From NCBI GenBank assembly GCA_965216785.1, contig OZ244197.1:2304001-2368000 (forward strand): 64,000 nt of DNA, given 5' to 3'. Position 1 is the stretch's first letter. The number at the start of each line of letters is the position of its first letter. Made by a program: the position numbers and the translations under genes. Origin of the DNA: Thermodesulfobacteriota bacterium (GTDB taxonomy: Bacteria > Desulfobacterota_D > UBA1144 > Nemesobacterales > UBA2774). A model generated the notes under the pieces. That model had not been told where the DNA came from. It searched no databases and was given only the letters and a program-made list of their open reading frames with translations. This document shows positions 58,446 through 64,000 of this stretch, piece by piece.

Positions 58446-60026
58446 TTATGTCTCCAGGTTTTTTTGTATCAGGCGTTTGAATATTTTAGTTAATATGTTT
58501 CCCTTGGGCTCTGTCGTATCCACTATAATTAGATTCTCATCACTGACCTCATTGGGGTCTTCAAACTCGCTGGTGAACCTCTCAAGTATTTCGAGCCTGC
58601 CGTCTGAAATAGACCCTCCGAGAATCTCTCTCTGCTGGAGTCTATCGCGTACGACTTCCATAGGCGCTGTTGTCTGAATAAAGAATACCGGAGTGTTGAG
58701 CTCTGAAGCGGAGCTAAGTACGAGCTCTCTCCATTTAGCTTTTGAAAAGCTCGCGTCAACCACCGCGCACTCTCCCGTATTTATTATCCCCATTCCCCTC
58801 GCAGCCAATTCTTCATATGTATCCAGGGTAATCTCTTTTGAATAAATACCACTTTCATATTCCTCAAAATGTCTTTCTCCGGGTTTAGCGCCAGCCTTTT
58901 CTTTCCTTAGAGCATCTGATGATATAACCTGGCAAGACAGCTGCTTTGAAAGTGAGCTTGCGAGGGTGGACTTTCCCGTTCCGATAGAGCCGCAAATAAC
59001 AAGAAGCGTTGGTTTAGAGCCCAGGAGCGCGTAGCGTAAGGCGAGCTTAAAATACTTTTGCGCCCGCACAAGCGCCTCCTCTCTAATTTCGCTCGGCACC
59101 TCGGGCTCAAATGCCTTTATGCTCTCCACCTTGCCCCTCACATATGCCCTGTAGCATTTATAGAAATCAAGCACACGGTAAAGCCCTCTGTCCTCCATCA
59201 ACTCTGAGATGCGGGAGATGAAATAACGTGAATAATCGTAATAACCGTTAAGGTCAAGGTCCATTGCCAAAAACCCCGTATCAGAGGCGATATCTATAAA
59301 TCTAAACCTCTCGTTAAACTCAATGCAGTCGTATATGTTAATTCCCCCGGGGCTTATGTTAATGTGCTCCAGGTGCAGATCGCCGTGGCAGTTCTTGATA
59401 AAGCCGCCCTCCGCCCTTTCATGGAAAAGCTGTGAGCGGGTCTTAAAGAAACCCCAGTTGTATTCCTTCACTGCGTTAAATGAAGACTCAGAGATTGTTT
59501 TCCCTATGAACTTTCTGCTCTGAGAAGTGCTCTCGTCAACGCTATACTTAATGCTCGCAGGCTCTCCGTACGCGGAGATTTCCGGGTCCGGACGCTCGTT
59601 TTTGTAAAACTCCGCAAGTTTTTGTGCTATGCCGTCAAAATTTTTTTTTGAGGCTTTACCCTCTTTGAGCAAGTTTTTAAGAAAATATTTCTCGGGAAGC
59701 TCTTTCATCAAAAGGGCGTACTCTATGGTCTTCTCCCCTGGGCCGAATACATATTCCCCATCCTTAAGCGAAATCTCAAGAACTTGTAGGTATATGCCGC
59801 TTGTAAGCCTTCTGTTTAAGACAAGCTCTTTGTCTAAGAAATACTTTCGCTTCTCAAGCGTTGTAAAATCGAGGAACCCGAAATCTACCGGCTTTTTAAC
59901 TTTGTAAACGTAGGGGCTTGCGATAAAAACATCCGAGGCGTGCGTCTGCACGTGAGCGACTCTCTCTGGGTGATGAGGATATGAAGAAGTCTTTAATAGA
60001 AAATCCGTAAGTGCCCTGCGGTTCAA
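58446..60026 (-). CDS. Aminoglycoside-phosphotransferase-like + AAA_33 kinase fusion (Rv2004c-like)
   Basis: 'QTHAS', 'YKVKKPVDFGFLDF', 'CHGDLHLEHI', 'DCIEFN', 'YRAYVRGKV', P-loop GSIGTGKST. Confidence 0.88.
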   Translation of the reverse strand: MNRRALTDFLLKTSSYPHHPERVAHVQTHASDVFIASPYVYKVKKPVDFGFLDFTTLEKRKYFLDKELVLNRRLTSGIYLQVLEISLKDGEYVFGPGEKTIEYALLMKELPEKYFLKNLLKEGKASKKNFDGIAQKLAEFYKNERPDPEISAYGEPASIKYSVDESTSQSRKFIGKTISESSFNAVKEYNWGFFKTRSQLFHERAEGGFIKNCHGDLHLEHINISPGGINIYDCIEFNERFRFIDIASDTGFLAMDLDLNGYYDYSRYFISRISELMEDRGLYRVLDFYKCYRAYVRGKVESIKAFEPEVPSEIREEALVRAQKYFKLALRYALLGSKPTLLVICGSIGTGKSTLASSLSKQLSCQVISSDALRKEKAGAKPGERHFEEYESGIYSKEITLDTYEELAARGMGIINTGECAVVDASFSKAKWRELVLSSASELNTPVFFIQTTAPMEVVRDRLQQREILGGSISDGRLEILERFTSEFEDPNEVSDENLIIVDTTEPKGNILTKIFKRLIQKNLET

Positions 60027-60053
60027 AAGGTCCTCATTCCGCGTATATTTTTA

Positions 60054-60950
60054 TCAAGGGTTAATGGCAAAAACGCTGCATGTAGCGTTATGTATTACCT
60101 TCTCCGTTACGCTTCCCAATAACAGCCTGTTGATGCCTGTCCTTCCATGAGTGTGAATCACAATAAGGTCAGTCCCCTTTTCCTCAGCGTAGGTAGATAT
60201 AGTCGAAGCCACGCTAAGGCCGTGAACGACCTCTGTTTTAATTTTAATATCCTTTGGACCTTTGTATTGTTTCGCGATCCGCTCCACTTCTTTTTCAAGC
60301 TCGGATATAGACTGTCTTATTACAATGTTTAGCGCCCCCGCGGGTACGTCCTGTGCGTACATGTCGAGCCTTAGCGCGTATATTACAGTTATACGTCCGG
60401 ACGTGGCGTTTGCGATGTCCATTGCGCTATGCAGCGCTGTTTTGCATTTATGCGACAAATCGTAGGGTACTAAAATATTCTTGTAAGAAACTTTCCTGCG
60501 GCCCGCTTTAGCTTTCGTAATCAGTACCGGTTTCTCAGTTACCTTGACTACTTTTGAGGTTTCGCTCCCCAGTATCAGGCTCCCGATAAAGCCGTGACCG
60601 TGCTTTCCCATGACAATGAGGTCAGCGTTTCTTTTACGCGCGAACTCTCTAAGTTTCTCAGACGGGTTTCCCCTTAGCAGAACACCTTCGAATTTTATAT
60701 CCGATTTCGCAAGGTTCTTCTCAATCTTAGCGAATTTCTTTGTGAAATCGTCTTCGACTTTTGTCATCCAGTCCTTAAATTCAACCTCGTCTCCGCTCAA
60801 GGACTCAAAAAGCATAACGGTGGGCAAGGGAATGACGTGTGCCCCAATAATGTTGGCGCCGGTTAATTCTGCCATATATTTCGCGTTTAATAGAGCGTTA
60901 TCAGCTTCTTTTGAGCCGTCTGTAGCCCAGAGTATCTTCTTAATTTTCAT
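60054..60950 (-). CDS. Universal stress protein (tandem domains)
   Basis: 'KILWATDGS', 'DLIVMGKHG', 'LLGSVTEKV'. Confidence 0.92.
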   Translation of the reverse strand: MKIKKILWATDGSKEADNALLNAKYMAELTGANIIGAHVIPLPTVMLFESLSGDEVEFKDWMTKVEDDFTKKFAKIEKNLAKSDIKFEGVLLRGNPSEKLREFARKRNADLIVMGKHGHGFIGSLILGSETSKVVKVTEKPVLITKAKAGRRKVSYKNILVPYDLSHKCKTALHSAMDIANATSGRITVIYALRLDMYAQDVPAGALNIVIRQSISELEKEVERIAKQYKGPKDIKIKTEVVHGLSVASTISTYAEEKGTDLIVIHTHGRTGINRLLLGSVTEKVIHNATCSVFAINP

Positions 60951-61055
60951 TTAACACCTCGTCTGTAATTTGTCCAAGAAATCCCGACAATCGCCATCCG
61001 CCGGCGGACTTTTCATACTATTCTAACATAAACCCCCGATTATATAATCTCGAGT

Positions 61056-61505
61056 CTATATGACCTTGGACTTACTGCTCATTGCCATTGCCAGGTTAAC
61101 GACCTCCGTTGCCACGACCACTATCAGATCATCGACAGATACTATGCCCGTAAGCTTTCCGCCGCTCGTAATGGGCAGCCTTCTCACCGAATGCTCCTGC
61201 AGGATCCTGATTATATCAAACAGATCTGTATCCTCATCAACGCTCACAGGGTCTTTGGTCATAATATCCTCTACAGTGACTTCAGTGGGGTTTATTCTCT
61301 CGGCTATCACTGAAACCACTAAATCCCTGTCTGTAATGATCCCGATGGGTTTAGAGTCTTTGTCTGTAACGACAAGAGCCCCGATATCCTCGTTCCTCAT
61401 TAAATACGCGGCTTCCGAAACGGAATCATAAGAGGAAATAGTGATAACGTTTCTGTGTATTAATTCCTTAAAAGTACTTGAATAATCCTTTGACTTAGCG
61501 TGCAT
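61056..61505 (-). CDS. CBS-pair protein (Hrp1/Rv2626c-like)
   Basis: 'AAYLMRNEDIGALVV', 'GIITDRDLV', 'VRRLPI'; AGGAG RBS. Confidence 0.88.
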   Translation of the reverse strand: MHAKSKDYSSTFKELIHRNVITISSYDSVSEAAYLMRNEDIGALVVTDKDSKPIGIITDRDLVVSVIAERINPTEVTVEDIMTKDPVSVDEDTDLFDIIRILQEHSVRRLPITSGGKLTGIVSVDDLIVVVATEVVNLAMAMSSKSKVI

Positions 61506-61546
61506 AACGTACTCCTGCTCGATTTTTTTACTATATATTCTGTAGT

Positions 61547-61563
61547 TGCAACTTAAGTGCCTT
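61547..61563 (-). promoter_or_regulatory. Sigma54 -24/-12 promoter of the CBS-USP cluster
   Basis: Minus strand AAGGCACTTAAGTTGCA: GG-N10-GC. Confidence 0.7.
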
Positions 61564-61634
61564 CTGGAAACGTTAAAAAATCTTCAATAAAATCAGCTTA
61601 ATCTGATATTCAGATTCAAAATGACAGTGTCTAT

Positions 61635-61650
61635 TGTCAGATTATAAGAC
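61635..61650. promoter_or_regulatory. Putative enhancer (UAS) between divergent sigma54 promoters
   Basis: TGTCAGATTATAAGAC is the exact reverse complement of 41228-41243. Confidence 0.65.
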
Positions 61651-61704
61651 GCTGGTGTGTCTGATGTAGCTATCGAATTTCCTTTTATTCTTAGATTAAA
61701 CGGC

Positions 61705-61721
61705 TTGGCATTTATTTTGCA
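61705..61721 (+). promoter_or_regulatory. Sigma54 -24/-12 promoter of the 80-aa ORF
   Basis: TTGGCATTTATTTTGCA: GG(61707)-N10-GC(61719). Confidence 0.72.
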
Positions 61722-61780
61722 CTTAAATATAGTAGTCAAAGGGATGTAGTATTGAATATAGGATATTTTAGGAGGCTTCT

Positions 61781-62023
61781 ATGTCTGACTATAACACTTT
61801 GTACCTTATAGACTCTACATATAATTCAGAGCGTGACGCGACAGAGGTAACTTTCGGTTACCTTGAGAAAGAAAAGGAGATAGTTGGCAGGAATATGAAA
61901 GTAAGGGTAATTGTGAGCGTTCCGGGCGGAAAAGATGACATGACCTCCGTAATTAAAGAGGGGTTAAAGAAGGCAAAACACGTACTGAAAACGGCCTCTA
62001 AAGCATCTTATGAGGAAGATTAA
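61781..62023 (+). CDS. Small hypothetical protein
   Basis: AGGAGG RBS, sigma54 promoter upstream, plausible alpha/beta composition. Confidence 0.72.
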   Translation: MSDYNTLYLIDSTYNSERDATEVTFGYLEKEKEIVGRNMKVRVIVSVPGGKDDMTSVIKEGLKKAKHVLKTASKASYEED

Positions 62024-62066
62024 CTATAGGTAGTAACCACTTGTAATAACAATATATTATATGCTT

Positions 62067-63068
62067 TTAAGCTCCCGTAATTATCTCGTCCAGCTCATTT
62101 AACTTTGATATCTCCCCAATTGCTACGAGCGTGTCACCCGCTTGTATCATGCTCTTTGAGCCCGGGTTAAACTCCATCGTGCCGTCTGTTTTTCTTATAG
62201 CCAGTATTATTATTCCCAGGTCACGGCCGATTCCGGATTCAGCAAGTGTGCATCCGCTTAATTTTGATTTCTCAGAGACTGTTACTTCTTCAATTTGAAG
62301 CTCCAAATTCCCTGTTTTAGTGGCGAACTCCAGAAAATCCACAACGGCGGGCTTGAGCACGGTATTTGCGATCCGTATTCCCCCGGTATGATAAGGTGAT
62401 ACGACCCTGTCTGCCCCGGCGCGCAGTATCTTGCGCTCGGCGCTATCGTCACTCGCCCTCGTTACTATGAACAGCTCGGCATTAAGCTCTCTTGCGCTTA
62501 GCACTACAAACAGGTTCTCCGCGTCCGTTGGGAGTACGGCTACCAAACCCTTAGCCCTTTCGATTCCGGCATTCCTGAGCGCTTCCTCGCTGCTCGCGTC
62601 GCCCTCGACAATTAAAAACTCATCCCTGTCAATTTGAGAGACAGGCTCTTTTTCTATTACAAGGGTCTCAATTCCTTTCGCTTTAAACTCTTTAGCAACG
62701 GTCCTTCCCAGCCTGCCGAATCCGCAGATTATGTAATGGGACTTTATCTCGCTTATTCTTTTCTCCAATCTAGACCTCCCTATATACTCCTGAAGCTCTC
62801 CTTCGAGTAAAAGTTTTGCTTCCGTGCTAAGCAGATACAGAATTATACCTACTCCCACTATTAGCAGAACCATGGTGAATATCTGCCCCTCTGAGCTCAA
62901 AGGGTACACTTCACCGTAACCTACGGTAGTAAGGGTGATTACGGTCATGTAGAGGGCGTCAAGAGGGGGCCAGCCCTCAATAACCATATAACCTATCGTA
63001 CCCGCGGCTATTATTAACACTATTAAAACGAGCGCAGAAAATAGCTTGTTCCCAAGTTTAAGAATCAT
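62067..63068 (-). CDS. Potassium channel protein (2TM + RCK/TrkA_N + TrkA_C)
   Basis: Selectivity filter 'TTVGYG', 'ICGFGRLG', TrkA_C C-terminus. Confidence 0.92.
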   Translation of the reverse strand: MILKLGNKLFSALVLIVLIIAAGTIGYMVIEGWPPLDALYMTVITLTTVGYGEVYPLSSEGQIFTMVLLIVGVGIILYLLSTEAKLLLEGELQEYIGRSRLEKRISEIKSHYIICGFGRLGRTVAKEFKAKGIETLVIEKEPVSQIDRDEFLIVEGDASSEEALRNAGIERAKGLVAVLPTDAENLFVVLSARELNAELFIVTRASDDSAERKILRAGADRVVSPYHTGGIRIANTVLKPAVVDFLEFATKTGNLELQIEEVTVSEKSKLSGCTLAESGIGRDLGIIILAIRKTDGTMEFNPGSKSMIQAGDTLVAIGEISKLNELDEIITGA

Positions 63069-63202
63069 AAAAAACTCCGCGGGCTTGCGCCGCCGGGTTT
63101 AATTGTCGGTCTGAGTGTTCTCGAGCGATGTTTGAGTGTTGCAATCAAAATTTAAACCGCGTCTATGCACAATGCTTTTTAAATTTTTAGTGCCCGATAA
63201 TG

Positions 63203-64000
63203 TTAAGACGGTCTTACGGCAATGACCGCGCAAGACGCTTCCTGTACGACCCTTTCGGTGACGCTCCCTATGAACTCTTCCCTCCTGAACTCACCGCCGC
63301 CGTAAGTATTCAATACTACAAGGTCTATATCCTTTTCCTGTATGAATTTAAGTATTCCCAAAAGAGCGTTCTTAGCTGTATTGACTACAGTAGTAACTTT
63401 ATCCGCCATATCGGCTTCGTTTATCTGCTGTGTAAGCTTGCTATACGCGTTACCTCTGAGCCTCTCAACTACTTCGGGCGGGAATTTCCTGTCGCCGATC
63501 TCAACAATATTCAGGCTGAATATCTCGGCGCCGCTGAGCTCTGAAAAATCAAGGGCAAAGCGCAGGTCCGTGGAATTTATGTTATATAGGTCCGTAGGTA
63601 CGAGAAGACGTTTTATATTAATACTTTCCACATCCTTTTTCGCAATGAGCACTGGTACGGGTGATCGTCTGAGCACCTTTAGAGCAGTTGCGCCCAATAT
63701 GGCTTTGTCGTCCGCTCTGCCTTTCCCGATTACTATTAGGTCCGCTTTAACTTCCTCAGCGGTCTTTATAATCTCTGAGTGGGGGGCGCCCTGGGATATT
63801 CTCGAGCTGAATGATATTCCTTTTTCGTTTGCCACGTCGGCAATCCCGCTCAGCCTGTCGCTTTCTTTCGATTCGGTCTCCTTAATCCACTCCGCCAGCA
63901 TATCGAGCTCTTGTGAAGGAAATTCCTCTAGCACGGGCACTTCATAGTAGTCGGGTATGACGTACAGTCCCACTATCTCAGCGTTTAAGCTCTTTGCAAA
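63203..64000 (-). CDS. Universal stress protein (tandem domains), 5' end outside window
   Basis: Frame is open to the window end; 'DLIVIG', 'RRSPVPVL', 'LLVPTD', 'IGSVTERVV'. Confidence 0.88.
   Translation of the reverse strand, partial: FAKSLNAEIVGLYVIPDYYEVPVLEEFPSQELDMLAEWIKETESKESDRLSGIADVANEKGISFSSRISQGAPHSEIIKTAEEVKADLIVIGKGRADDKAILGATALKVLRRSPVPVLIAKKDVESINIKRLLVPTDLYNINSTDLRFALDFSELSGAEIFSLNIVEIGDRKFPPEVVERLRGNAYSKLTQQINEADMADKVTTVVNTAKNALLGILKFIQEKDIDLVVLNTYGGGEFRREEFIGSVTERVVQEASCAVIAVRPS

Noticed and set aside
1-64000. tRNA/rRNA genes
   Set aside because: No cloverleaf/T-loop or rRNA signature seen in the intergenic gaps by eye; tRNAscan-SE and barrnap would confirm.

Overview
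This is a gene-dense, roughly 50% GC bacterial chromosome segment. Its gene content looks deltaproteobacterial or Dadabacteria-like, but that is inference only. It carries housekeeping genes (xseB-ispA-tlyA, rpsT, holA, lipB, ndk, proA, a group-2-like sigma70, recN, rsmE, cobA/hemD, sufU-sufS). It also carries a surface-glycan locus: an SxtJ-like/carbamoyltransferase/DUF5989 triad, rfbD, cysC, a GT2 and rfbACB. Further on are an expanded System I* cytochrome c maturation cluster, DUF2092/DUF6515 and DUF3604/PPIase/HupE modules, and a USP/CBS/P-type ATPase stress cluster. The most notable signals are: (1) a ~3.1 kb AT-rich, integrase-less two-ORF island bounded by a duplicated 3' end of the FMN glutamate-synthase-family gene, whose two ORFs meet at a TTT-TAG +1 slip site; (2) an identical 16-bp enhancer-like motif at two loci 20 kb apart, next to three sigma54 -24/-12 promoters that drive USP/CBS genes; (3) a modular intergenic repeat family with 46/49-bp tandem units and GNA mini-hairpins at four loci; (4) a CcmD-like tail fused to a secreted domain; and (5) a probable ATA start for sufS. 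No rRNA, tRNA, CRISPR array, transposase or integrase was seen. All family names come from motif recognition, not database searches.
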